In this document: one piece after another, positions 37,413-50,490 of the stretch
Layout of the letters: each line of letters starts with the position of its first letter
How positions within the stretch are numbered: position 1 is the stretch's first letter
Assembly: GCA_051530055.1 (NCBI GenBank)
Contig: CM121341.1
Span: 10,456,784 to 10,520,783, forward strand
DNA from: Neoechinorhynchus agilis
Lineage: Eukaryota; Animalia; Acanthocephala
Direction of reading: 5' to 3'
Length of the DNA: 64,000 bases
Translations under genes and position numbers: made by a program
Notes under the pieces: model-generated
Told to the model about the DNA's origin: nothing
Database searches by the model: none
Seen by the model: the letters and a program-made list of their open reading frames with translations, nothing else

Positions 37413-39500
37413 TGTCAAACAAGCTCAAAGGGCGCGCGCGTACAAAGCAGTGGTAAAACCCGCAATGGTATACGCAGCGGAGACTTGGGCTACAAAAGCG
37501 GAGGGCGTACAAAGATTGACCGTAAATGAAATGAGGATGCTGAGATGGTCAGCTGGAGTAACACACAGGGATAATATACCCAATGCCGAAATTAGATAAA
37601 TGTTCGATGTCGAGCCGGTGCATTAAGTGATAGCCAAAAGAGGAATGCAATGGTTCCATCATGTGGAGCAACGAACGGAGGACGATCTGATATAGAGCGC
37701 TGGACCTACTGAAGCCAAGGGGAAGAGGAAACGGGGAAATGTCGGCGTGTGTAGTTGATAAAATAAACTTGTCAATATTCCATGGGCATCTCAAATTGAT
37801 TCAGATGCTAAATGACACAAGGAAACAATTAATTTATTTTATCTTCAACAGATTCGCACAATAATTCACGTCTCTGAGAATTTGTACTTTTTGTGTGGAT
37901 GAAAATGCAGTTTCGGGAGCTGGTCAAGTGGCAAGAAAGATCAACATGCTAGATACATTCGTTAAATTTAATAAGTGTAATTTATTTAAGTGTTTATTAA
38001 ATGTCGAATGACTACTTTTTTTTCACACGTAGAAAGCTGCCGTAGCCTAACGTCGTGATTTTCCTATTAGAATAATGTTCGATTTAACTAACGGAATCTC
38101 AATTATTACAGAAATCGCTTGCTGTCTTTTCACACTCTCTTTAATCAGAATATATAATCCGGCTAGCCATTACAAATACATGAACATGCTTCAATTTCAA
38201 GTTATATTTGTTTACGAACGTTTTAAATGGAAAATTAACGCGATTTATATTTTCCTTTTTGACCCGTATATTGCCTTCCTGTGCGAGCACAAGCGTTGCA
38301 ATGCGCCGGGGGCTTCCATTATCCATCGGTTGACGATAAGAGCAAACCTCGTTTCCATTTGGATTCGCTTCTGAGATATTCTGAATTAGTAGAAGCAAAC
38401 GAGGTCCACGCTTAAGATTGACGTCAACATCCGGATCCATCATCATTATAGTGTAAAGAAGCCATAATGGTGAATTTCGAACCTCGAAAATCGAAATCCG
38501 TCATTATAATTTTGTATTGGCATTCTGAGCAGCCTCCATTTCAAACCCAACATAGGGTTCACGTTTGATTTCTCCTGGTGAAATTACACTGGTGCATTGA
38601 ACATTGCGATATCCACAACGAATAAATACGCCGTTTGATCTATAAACGATCAAGGGATCACTTATGATCTTAAGTACTTCTTCCAAATGCTCGCTTTCAT
38701 GTTTTTCTTTTTTACCATTAGAGGTCCTATCTTTGTGGTCGTTTAATTTAGTAAGGACATAAATCGGTCCTCCAATGAACAGCTTTATTAAAGTACGCAT
38801 TTAACACAAATAAACACAAATTCTTGTTTAGAAAAATTGGGTTCGTTTTGGTTAGTCGGTTCCACCCATACCGGCATTTGTCATTTTCACTCAATACTTC
38901 TTTCACCGTAGTCTTTGTTCGTAAGAAGAATTGTTACTCACATTGACAGGCACAGTGTGAATCACTCGCAGACTCCTGAAACACCGAACTTATACTTGTG
39001 CGCAAAAATAGTGATATGATTAAAATTATTGCTAATTGCCATTTGGAATTGAAAGATTTGGTTTCTGTGAATTTTGGTGCAACAACACCATCCGACATGA
39101 GTAATTTGTTAATCAAAAGTAAAAGGATTGTCAAACAAGCTCAAAGGGCGCGCGCGTACAAAGCAGTGGTAAAACCCGCAATGGTATACGCAGCGGAGAC
39201 TTGGGCTACAAAAGCGGAGGGCGTACAAAGATTGACCGTAAATGAAATGAGGATGCTGAGATGGTCAGCTGGAGTAACACACAGGGATAATATACCCAAT
39301 GCCGAGATTAGAATAATGTTCGATGTCGAGCCGGTGCATTAAGTGATAGCCAAAAGAGGAATGCAATGGTTCCATCATGTGGAGCAACGAACGGAGGACG
39401 ATCTGATATAGAGCGCTGGACCTACTGAAGCCAAGGGGAAGAGGAAACGGGGAAGGCCGAAAAAAAGATGGAAAGATTGTGTTATGTATACGTAAGACGA
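37413..39500 (+). repeat. Permuted duplicate: RTE 3' + tail + X + RTE 3' (the last piece extends to RGRPKKRWKD)
   Basis: 37413-37939 = 28490-29015; 37940-39453 = 27301-28814. Confidence 0.95.
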
Positions 39501-40769
39501 GCGGATGAAGTTTTATTTTTGAAGACAAGGTGACAAAGCGACATCTCTAGTATGAGAGAAAGCTATAAGAAGTGTGTGTAAATCCAATGTTTTGGGAACC
39601 AATAATTCAGACAATGCAACTTTTCGTGATAGAGCAACATTGTCAATCTACCTAATTTCTCTACCATAATTAATAAACCTCATCTTCTTCATGTTATATC
39701 TTTAAGACGTACCAAATATTGGTGAGTGCATATCGATGTATGCATCGCTCTTAAATTTATTCTCGTAAACCGGCCAGGATGCATGTACGCGTAGATCATT
39801 GAGCTTATAAAAACCGGAGAAATCAAGCAAGATTCATATTCAATCTTTCTACAAAAATCTGGCCAAGAAATGTGTGGTCGTGATTGGCGATAATGAGCAT
39901 TCATTAGCAATGAATCATTCCAATTAGATCCGTCTCCAAGCAATGCATCCTTTCATAAAAAATTTAAATTCAATCGAATTTAATAATTGTGGCTGTTATA
40001 TTATAACGTATCAATCAAATTTTTTATTGAGTGGGAAATATTTATGCACTTGATTAAATGAACATCATTAACACCACCACTCTGGACCACACAGCTGCCG
40101 TCCTGATGTAACGGTCGAAAGGACGGAAAATGGCCCCTGAGAAACTCCTGCTTACCACCTTCATTAACTCGCGCTTCTGCTTGTTTCTTCACTTAAACAT
40201 TCATAGCAGCATCCGCATTGTGTCAACGCCTTGTTTTTATCAAAATGTTATTTTTTAAGCGCACGTGAAATATGAGAAAACTTCCATTAAAGAAGGAAAC
40301 TTTAAACGAGAAGGAAAATACGATTTTCATCCTTTGAATCACCCCTTCGCAGTCTTCATATAAAAGTGTTGAGAAGAAACCGCTTCCAAGACCAAAAACG
40401 AAATGGTTAAGTATTAACATTCAGCCTGCGGAATAAATCCACAAGTAATAATAACACGTTTATTTGTTAGTTAAAAAAGCAAATGACCATGTATATTTGG
40501 GTCCACCGAACACTCGAATTGCAGAAGAAATTGAAAGGTTGTGAGGTTGGGACCTTCCTCCGGTTCATGACAGTTTAAATTTTCTTGAAAAAATTAAATT
40601 TTCATGGCCAAACAGATATTGAACGTTGCTCGTTTTTGTGATAAAATTGTATTTGGTCGGACAGGGTATTTTCGGAAAGAGAATATACCCAAACGAACAT
40701 AGTACTACAATAGGAATCAGTAAAATAAATGTATAAAATGTTAAGTGTTTAGAAAGTCCATCAGGCGCA

Positions 40770-43700
40770 CGCGACGCAATGGCCATCGTACTGCGTTGTT
40801 GATTACGCGCGTCGTGCGGTTGTTGTGTCTTTCATGCTCTCGACTTAAAAGGTCTTTAAATCCATTGTTGTAGGAGGCGTAACGCTGGTATTGTCTCTAA
40901 TGCTTGTGACGCAATGGAGACTGTACTCCGTTGTTGATTTCGCGCGTTGCGCGGTTGTTGTGTTTCTTATGTTTTCGACGTGCGATCTCGCTACCTCCGT
41001 TGTTGATTACGGGCGTCGTGCTCTTGTTGTGTCTCTGATGCTTTCGAGGTGCGATATCGCTACCTCCGTTGTTGCTTACAAGCGTCGAGCTGTTGTTGTG
41101 TTTCTCATGCTTTCGACGCAATGGGTCTCTTATTCCGTTGTTGTAGGATTCGTAACGCTGGTATTGTGTCCCTTATCCTTGCGACGCAATGGGGATTGTA
41201 CTCTGTTGTTGATAACTCGTGTCGTACTGTTGTTGTGTTTCTCATGTATTCGACATACGATCTCACTACCTAAGTTGCTGATTACAAGCGTCGTGCGGTT
41301 GTTGTGTCTCTCATGCTCTCGACTTAAAAGGTCTTTAAATCCATTGTTGTAGGAGGCGTAACGCTGGTATTGTGTCTCTAATGCTTGCGACGCAATGGAG
41401 ACGTACTCCGTTGTTGATTTCGCGCATCGCACTGTTGTTGTGTTTCTTATGTTTTCGACGTGCGATCTCGCTACCTCCGTTGTTGATTACAAGCGTCGGC
41501 CTGTTGTTGTGTCTCTCATGCTCTCGACTTAAAAGGTCTTTAAATTCATTGTTGTAGGAGGCATAACGCTGGTATTGTGTCTCTAATGCTTGCGACGCAA
41601 TGGAGACTGTACTCCGTTGTTGATTTTGCGCGTTGTGCGGTTTTTGTCTCTCATGCTCTCGACTTAAAAGGTCTTTAAATCCATTGTTGTAGGAGGCGTA
41701 ACGCTGGTATAGTGTCTCTAATGCTTGCGACGCAATGGAGACTGTACTCCGTTGTTGATTTCGCGCGTTGCGCGGTTGTTGTGTCTCTCATGCTCTCGAC
41801 TTAAAAGGTCTTTAAATCCATTGTTGTAGGAGGCGTAACGCTGGTATTGTCTCTAATGCTTGCGACGCAATGGAGACTGTACTCCGTTGTTGATTTCGCG
41901 CGTTGCGCGGTTGTTGTGTTTCCCATTTTTTCGACGCAATGGGTCTTTAAATCCGTTGTTGTAGGATTCGTAACGCTGGTTTTGTGTCTCTAATGCTTGC
42001 GACGCAATGGAGATTCTACTCCGTTGTTGTCTTCGCGCGTCGTGCTGTTGTTGTGTTTCTCGTGTTTTTGACGTGCGATCTCGCTACCTCCGTTGTTGAT
42101 TACAAGCGTCGTGCTGTTGTTGTGTTTCTCATGCCCTCGACGATCGATCTCGCAACCTCCGTTGTTGATTTCGCGCGTCGCGCTGTGTTTGTGTTTCTCA
42201 TGTTTTCGACGTGCGATCTCGCTACCTCCGTTGTTGATTACAAGCGTCGGCCTGTTGTTGTGTTTCTCGTGCTTTCGGCGCAATGGGTCTTTGAATCCGT
42301 TGTTGTAGGTTTCGTAACGCTGGTATTGTGTTTCTAATGCTTGCGACGCAATGGAGATTCTACTCCGTTGTTGACTTCGCGCGTCGTGCAGTTCTTGTGT
42401 TTCTCGTGTTTTTGACGTGCGATCTCGCTACCTCCGTTGTTGACTACAAGCGTCGTGCTGTTGTTGTGTTTCTCATGCCTTCGACCTACGATCTCGCAAC
42501 CTCCGTTGTTGATTTCGCGCGTCGCGCTGTTGTTGTGTTTCTTATGTTTTCGACGTGCGATCTCGCTACCTCCGTTGTTGATTACGGGCGTCGTGCTGTT
42601 GTTATGTCTCTGATGCTTTCGACGTGCGATCTCGCTACCTCCGTTGTTGCTTACAAGCGTCGAGCTGTTGATGTGTTTCTCATGCTTTCTTCGCAATGGG
42701 TCTCTTATTCCCTTGTTGTAGGATTCGTAACGCTGGTATTGTGTCCCTTATGCTTGCGACGCGATGGAGACTGTACCCCGTTGTTGATTACTCGCGTCGT
42801 ACTGTTGTTGTGTTTCTCATGTTTTCGACGTACGATGTCACTACCTAATGTTGCTGATTACAAGCGTCGTGCTGTTGTTGTGTTTTTGTCATGCCCTCGA
42901 CGTGCGATTTCGCAACCTCCGTTGTTGATTTCGCGCGTCGCGCTGTGGTTGTGTTTTTCATGTTTTCGACGTGCGATCTCGCTACCTCCGTTGTTGATTA
43001 CAAGCATCGGCCTGTTGTTGTGTTTCTCGTGCTTTCGACGCAATGGGTCTTTAAATCCGTTGTTGTAGGATTCGTAACGCTGGTGTTGTGTCTCTAATGC
43101 TTGCGACGCAATGGAGATTCTACTCCGTTGTTGACTTCGCGCGTCGTGCTGTTGTTGTGTTTGTCGTGTTTTTGACGTGCGATCTTGCAACCTCCGTTGT
43201 TGATTTCGCGCGTCGCACTGTTGTTGTGTTTCTTATGTTTTCGACGTGCGATCTCGCTACCTCCGTTGTTGATTACAAGCGTCGGCCTGTTGTTGTGTCT
43301 CTCATGCTCTCGACTTAAAAGGTCTTTAAATTCATTGTTGTAGGAGGCATAACGCTGGTATTGTGTCTCTAATGCTTGCGACGCAATGGAGACTGTACTC
43401 CGTTGTTGATTTTGCGCGTTGCGCGGTTTTTGTCTCTCATGCTCTCGACTTAAAAGGTCTTTAAATCCATTGTTGTAGGAGGCGTAACGCTGGTATTGTG
43501 TCTCTAATGCTTGCGACGCAATGGAGACTGTACTCCGTTGTTGATTTCGCGCGTTGCGCGGTTGTTGTGTCTCTCATGCTCTCGACTTAAAAGGTCTTTA
43601 AATCCATTGTTGTAGGAGGCGTAACGCTGGTATTGTGTCTCTAATGCTTGCGACGCAATGGAGACTGTACTCCGTTGTTGATTTCGCGCGTTGCGCGGTT

Positions 43701-46045
43701 GTTGTGTCTCTCATGCTCTCGACTTAAAAGGTCTTTAAATCCATTGTTGTAGGAGGCGAACGCTGGTATTGTGTCTCTAATGCTTGCGACGCAATGGAGA
43801 CTGTACTCCGTTGTTGATTTCGCGCGTTGCGCGGTTGTTGTGTTTCTTACGTTTTCGACGTGCGATCTCGCTACCTCCGTTGTTGATTACAAGCGTCGAG
43901 CTGTTGTTGTGTTTCTCATGCTTTCGACGCAATGGGTCTCTTATTCCGTTGTTGTAGGATTCGTAACGCTGGTATTGTGTCCCTTATGCTTGCGACGCAA
44001 TGGAGATTGTACTCCGTTGTTGATTACTCGCGTCGTGCTGTTGTTATGTTTCTCATGCCCTCGACGTACGATCTCGCAACCTCCGTTGTTGATTTCGCGC
44101 GTCGCGCTGTGTTTGTGTTTCTCATGTTTTCGACGTGCGATCTCGCTACCTCCGTTGTTGATTACAAGCGTCGGCCTGTTGTTGTGTTTCTCGTGCTTTC
44201 GGCGCAATGGGTCTTTGAATCCGTTGTTGTAGGTTTCGTAACGCTGGTATTGTGTCTCTAATGCTTGCGACGCAATGGAGATTCTACTCCGTTGTTGACT
44301 TCGCGCGTCGTGCTGTTCTTGTGTTTCTCGTGTTTTTGACGTGCGATCTCGCTACATCCGTTGTTGATTACAAGCGTCGTGCTGTTGTTGTGTTTCTCAT
44401 GCCTTCGACCTACGATCTCGCAACCTCCGCTGTTGATTTCGCGCGTCGCGCTGTTGTTGTGTCTCTCATGCTCTCGACGTGCGATCGCTACCTCCGTTGT
44501 TGATTACGGGCGTCGTGCTGTGATTATGTCTCGATCTCGCAACCTCCGTTGTTGCTTACAAGCGTCGAGCTGTTGTTGTGTTTCTCATGCTTTCGACGCA
44601 ATGGGTCTCTTATTCCTTTGTTGTAGGATTCGTAACGCTGGTATTGTGTCCCTTATGCTTGCGACGCGATGGAGATTGTACTCCGTTGTTGATTACTCGC
44701 GTCGTACTGTTGTTGTGTTTCTCATGTTTTCGACGTACGATCTCACTACCTAATGTTGCTGATTACAAGCGTCGTGCTGTTGTTGTGTTTCTCATGCCCG
44801 CGACGTGCGATTTCGCAACCTCCGTTGTTGATTTCGCGCGTCGCGCTGTGGTTGTGTTTCTCATGTTTTCGACGTGCGATCTCGCTACCTCCGTTGTTGA
44901 TTACAAGCGTCGGCCTGTTGTTGTGTTTCTCGTGCTTTCGACGCAATGGGTCTTTAAATCCGTTGTTGTAGGATTCGTAACGCTGGTGTTGTGTCTCTAA
45001 TGCTTGCGACGCAATGGAGATTCTACTCCGTTGTTGACTTCGCGCGTCGTGCTGTTGTTGTGTTTCTCGTGTTTTTGACGTGCGATCTTGCAACCTCCGT
45101 TGTTGATTTCGCGCGTCGCGCTGTTGTTTTGTTTCTTATGTTTTCGACGTGCGATCTCGCTACCTCCGTTGTTTATTACGGGCGTCGTGCTGTTGTTGTG
45201 TCTCTGATGCTTTCGACGTGCGATATCGCTACCTCCGTTGTTGCTTACAAGCGTCGAGCTGTTGTTGTGTTTCTCATGCTTTCGAAGCAATGGGTCTCTT
45301 ATTCCGTTGTTGTTGGATTCGTAACGCTGGTATTGTGTCCCTTATGCTTGCGACGCAATGGAGATTGTACTCTGTTGTTGATTACTCGCGTCGTACTATT
45401 GTTGTGTTTCTCATGTTTTCGGCATACGATCTCACTACCTAAGTTGCTGATTACAAGCGTCGTGCTGTTGTTGTGTTTCTCATGCCCTCGACGTACGATT
45501 TCGCAACCTCCGTTGTTGATTTCGCGCGTCGGGCTGTGGTTGTGTTTCTCGTGTTTTCGACGTGCGATCTCGCTACCTCCGTTGTTGATTACAAGCGTCG
45601 GCATGTTGTTGTGTTTCTCGTGCTTTCGACGCAATGGGTCTTTAAATCCGTTGTTGTAGGATTCGTAACGCTGGTATTGTGTCTCTAATGCTTGCGACGC
45701 AATGGAGATTGTACTCCGTTGTTGATTTCGCGCGTCGCATTGTTGTTGTGTTTCTTATGTTTTCGACGTGCGATCTCGCTACCTCCGTTGTTGATTACGG
45801 GCGTCGTGCTGTTGTTGTGTTTCTCATATTTTCGACGCAATGGGTCTTTAAATTCGTTGTTGTAGGAGGCGTTACGCTGGTATTTTGTCTCTAATGCTTG
45901 CGACGCAATGGAGATTGTACTCCGTTGTGTATTACTCGCGTCGTGCTGTTGTTGTGTTTCTCATGTTTTCGACGCACGATCTCGCTACCTCCGTTGTTGA
46001 TTACAAGCGTCGTGCTGTTGTTGTGTTTCTGACGCTCGCGACGGT
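40770..46045. repeat. 5.3-kb CpG-rich satellite of 68-69-bp mosaic monomers (about 76 units) with a ~1.9-kb higher-order repeat
   Basis: Constant linkers TCGACG / TCCGTTGTTG / GTTGTGTTTCTCA; 23-aa periodic ORF translations; 42328 vs 44252 and 43088 vs 44991 are near-identical blocks. Confidence 0.95.
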
Positions 46046-46419
46046 GTATTGTTTATCAAAGTAAAAGGATCAATAGTTGATATGAATGCTTAGACAATTA
46101 ATAGTCTTGTGAAATACTACTTTTTTGCTTTTTAAATATTACTGGCAAGCCGCTTCTACTGATTCAGGATATTACATCAGACACCGATCTCTTTCACCAG
46201 AGGGGTTATTGAAACACTTTGACTGATGCAGTCGCATGATTGAACGGATTTTTTTATTAAATTGACACTTGAGCGGCACAAATTTTTTTTAATTCTCAAG
46301 CCTTCGCAGTCTTGCAGCTTCTTCAGCATCTATCAAGGCGCGTGGAGATCTGAAGTGTGTTAAAGTAGGGACCCCATAGCGATGTTGGAATTTGACGAGT
46401 GGGAAGTTTCATTAAAGGC

Positions 46420-46835
46420 GTTTTAAGCCTCTTAGATGTTCACCCTGTAAATAATTTTTATCAAATGCGTTCTGCGAACCTCGTCGGGTTTATCGTCGCA
46501 TCTTTTAATAACTATCAAATTGCTGATAAACACTACGAGGCTCGCAGATCGTCTCTAACAAGAAATTCTTTACGGGTGAAGATTTAAAGAGAACTTCTAA
46601 TCTTGATGGCTCCCCAAAAAAGCGTTGCGTTTAAAATGCTGATATGTGAAATAACTGTTATTTAGATCTTCACCCGGTAAAGAATTTTTATTAAAGACGT
46701 TTTAAGTATTGCCGTTTATCTTTTAATAACTAACAAGCTGCTGATGAGCACTACGAGATCCGCAGAACGTCTTTAACGAGAAACTCTTTATCGAGTGAAG
46801 ACTAATCGTATATCCCGGTACCTCGTTACATATCA
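46420..46835. mobile_element. Two degenerate palindromic hammerhead-like elements (about 46420-46600 and 46655-46835)
   Basis: CGTTCTGCGAACCTCGTCGGGTT, CTGATGAGCACTACGAGATCCGCAGAACGTCTTT, and tail AATCGTATATCCCGGTACC..ACATATC. Confidence 0.7.
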
Positions 46836-47172
46836 ACAAAAGACTAACTTATTTTCAGTACGAATAAAGATAATGCAAGTCTGGATTCATTTGATTCTGC
46901 ATCTTCACGATATCTTACTTTCGACCATTGATTTCGGCTATTTGTGACAACGAAGTAGTACAGCTTCAAGACGACGTACCAAAATCACGGATGTGCCAAT
47001 TAACCGGAATTCTTCCATGGAGCCGTACGTCATTGTACGAGGCAATGTATTCGTATAAAATTTCGCACCTTATGGGAAGAATCCACCAAAACACCATGTA
47101 ATTCATGATGATTGAAGTGTGTTTTAACAGGTTTTTTATCGGGGTTTTCGTGTTATCTATTTCGCGTTGCAG

Positions 47173-49787
47173 ATGGCTGAGAAGGAACGATTGAAGAAGC
47201 TGGCGTGTCCATATTTTGCCATGAACGCATGTAAGTTCGGTAAAGACTGTTTCCGATCTCATGATCGATCGGCTAAATTCGATGACGTGTGTCGATATTA
47301 CCAAATGGGTACTTGTTCATTTGGCAAAAAATGCCGATATCGTCATGTGAAGCTGGATAAAGAGCCACCAAAAGAAGATGATGATACTCTGAATTTACCC
47401 GAAGCTAAGCCATTGAGCCAAATAATAAGGCTTGATCCGTCATTGAAGAACAAAGCACCCATTGCATCGAATGTGATTCTACCTCTTTGTCCTTATATGG
47501 CCAAACGTGGAACATGTCCTGATGCTTCATGTCAATTTGTCCATGGAGACCAATGTGAATATTGCCAAAAGTTCTGCCTACATCCTCAGGATCCCAAACA
47601 ACGAAGTCAGCATCACCGAGCTTGCGTAGATGAACACGAAAAGGCAATGAACGAAGCTTTTGCTTTGCAAGTATCTCATGATAAAGTCTGTGGAATCTGC
47701 CTTGAAATGGTTTTAATTCTGAGTTATCTGATATCTTCTCGGGTTGCTGTAACACTTTTGATTAATTTTTTATCTATTATTACTGATAAATATCGCCACT
47801 TTAACGATTCTGCATTTACTTCGCTCTATAGAAATTGTTCATGGACATATTTTGTTTTGTGTTGAGAAAATTAAGACAAATAAATTAATCTCTGCTTTCT
47901 CAACACCAAACAAAATATTTGCTTAATTGTGGAAAGTGGGTTTGAAACAGTTGTGAACAATTTTTATTCCTCATTGTATTATGGATGGAAAAATATGCGA
48001 AATTAAGAACCATAGGTTTTAAAAAGAAATTGGGAAATGTTCCATGCTCGTAATTATGCCAAAAATCTTGGACTTCATGGTGCGAATATCCACTTTTAGT
48101 TTCCCATAATTATTTCTTTGAATTTCAAACATTGAAAAAAATCTTAAATTATTGTGATGATAATCACGGTTAAAATGTATTCTATTGTTAAGATATATTT
48201 CGAAAGAAGAAACTTCGGCTCATCAGTTCTTAAAAACTGGCGAGGTTTCCTCTCTATTTCGAAATATTTCTTAATTTAATAAAATAACTTTTAAGTGGCG
48301 GTTCGGGGGAGGTGGAGATTATCATTACCACAATTTTATTGGATTTTTTAATTTTATAAAATGAGCCCTAAAGCCTACTCGGTGTTTATTGAGAATCCAG
48401 CAAGACGATGAAAAAACAAATTTGTAGAGCAACAACCGTTCCAGGTCAATAGCTACGAAGCTTAGTGGTCCGTTGCCTACTTCCCTTGGATGACATATTT
48501 TATTGAATTAAGAAACCTCTTGAAAGAAGAAACCTAGGCTCATTAGTTCTGAAAAACTTACATGCAAAGGCTGATAAGGCGAGGTTTTCCTTTTTCTCCA
48601 AATATTTCTTAATTCAATAAAATAACTTCTAAGCGGCGGTGGGAGGTGGAGATTATCATCACCACATTTCATTGGATTTTTGTGTTTATTTTTAATTTTA
48701 TAAAATGAGCCTTAAATTGGTCATTTTTTAGCCGACTCGGTGATTATTGAGAATCCAGCAAGACGACGACGTATCAACGAATTGTAGATTGCTCATATTT
48801 CTTAATATCGCGTAGAGCAACCGTCTAAGGTTGATAGCTACGTACTTTAATGGTCCATTGTTTACTTCCATTGGATGATTCGTTTTATTGAGTTAAGAAA
48901 CCCCTTGAAAGAAGAAACCTCGGCTCATTAGTTCTTGCGAGGTTTCCTCTCTTTCGAAATATTTCTTAATTCAATAAAATCCCCTTTAACCGTGATTATC
49001 ATCATCGCCACAGTTCAAGATTTAACGTCCCCATGCGTTCCAAAGTTTAATTAAGCGACAACAAAAATATTTCATTTTATTTTGTCTTGAAAACATAAGC
49101 CATAAAATGTGCTCAGAATTTCTTTATCTATAGATGTGAACGTGAAGCTATCTTTTCTTAATATAGAAATCTTTGTGTTCTGTCTGTATTTAAAGTTAAT
49201 GATTTTGACGCGATTTTGTCCGTCTTTTCAAGTAGAATTTCTCAGCGGTTCTTATTCGGATACACTCAGCCATAGAAACTAGTTGTGCAAAGTTCGGGAT
49301 AATGGAGAACTGCGATCATGTCTACTGTCTTGACTGCATTCGCAAATGGCGATCTGGAAACGATACGTTCGATAATCGGATAGTGAAAGCTTGCCCAGAA
49401 TGCAGAGTAACTTCAGACTTTGTAATCCCGAGCAGATTTTGGTATGATAGTGCACCAGAAAAACGAAGGATTATTGATGGATACAAGCAGCGTCTTTCTG
49501 AGACTCCTTGTGCTTATTTTAAACAAGGTGCTGGAGAATGTCCATTTGCTGATCGATGTTTTTACAAGCATGTTTTACCTGATGGAACTCGTGCACGTTT
49601 AGGTGAACCAACGAGGTTCTTTGATGCCAGCGGGCATGTTGTGAGATCTTCGAGGTACACTTTTGATCTTTTATTTGAAGGATTCGATGGAAATAGGTTG
49701 GCAGGCAGGATTGAAGATCCAGATAGCTTTATCGAAGCCATGAGGGAGATGTATTTAATGCGACAAGCGAATCGCGATGTACAATAA
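47173..49787 (+). CDS. MKRN1: Makorin RING-finger E3 ligase (C3H1 fingers, CH motif, RING, C-terminal C3H1); one ~1.5-kb intron (about 47710-49230/49270) splits the RING
   Basis: CPYFAMNAC..G.DC..SH, CRYYQMGTC, LCPY..RGTC, HGDQCEYC, VCGICLE / FGIMENCDHVYCLDCIRKWR, CPECRVTSDFVIPS, PCAYFKQGAGECPF..RCFYKH. Confidence 0.92.
48185..48995. repeat. About 2.3 tandem units (320-390 bp) in the makorin intron, each with a hairpin carrying CTGATGA...GAAATAT hammerhead-like motifs
   Basis: TTTTATTGA.TTAAGAAA..GAAAGAAGAAACCTCGGCTCAT(C/T)AGTTCT...CGAGGTTTCC..TTTCGAAATATTTCTTAATTCAATAAAA at 48190, 48500 and 48885. Confidence 0.8.
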
Positions 49788-50490
49788 TGCTGTCGGTTAT
49801 ATAACTTTTTTATATTAAACATAGATTTTTAGTCATTGTGAGTTATTTTTTTAATACAATCGGAGTTTCTCCGCATTCGATTTTAATATTTTTTAAATAT
49901 TCATTTTTGAAATTCTAAGTGATCGAATAGACTTTAACCAATCCTTTCTTTTTCGACCAATTCTTATTAGCTCAAAATTTTAACTTTTACAATTTAGTGT
50001 ACCTACGGATGTCCATCATCACTGTTGACTTTTTCCTGTAAAGGATTTTACTTTAAATGATTTTTGACCATTCGATTCATTGTCGAACAATTGAAACTTT
50101 TAATTTGCGTTTGCCTCTTCTTCGTGAACGGCGGTGATTGTTGAAACGCTTTGTTGTTGTGTGTAAAGGAAAAAAAATGATTCGTTAAAATAATTTACTT
50201 AATGATTTTTTCATGGAAAAGACACTCCCTTCTTTATAAGGTTACACCGATTTAATTGTCATAAAGACTATGAATATCGACAAATGAAAATTTATTTGAT
50301 GCACGATTTACGTTCAATCTGATTTTAATTATTGCTGTGTCGTTTCGTAAGGCTGCGTAATATTTAAAAACTAAAAATTGATTTTATAGGACGCCAACGT
50401 GAAAGCAATGCACAATAAACGTCGACTAAAAAATCGCAATATTTTTATATTTGGTAGTGGAGAGTAAATCTTTGAAATTTTAGTAAGCTT

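Noticed and set aside
40970-41030. CENP-B box in satellite monomers (TCCGTTGTTGATTACGGG)
   Set aside because: Spacing does not match TTCG-N4-A-N2-CGGG.
40770-46045. CRISPR array, or a giant repeat protein in the 69-bp satellite
   Set aside because: The variable cassettes recur many times rather than being unique, the context is eukaryotic and there are no cas genes. The 23-aa periodic ORFs occur on both strands and are frameshifted at every 68-bp monomer, so they are a by-product of composition.
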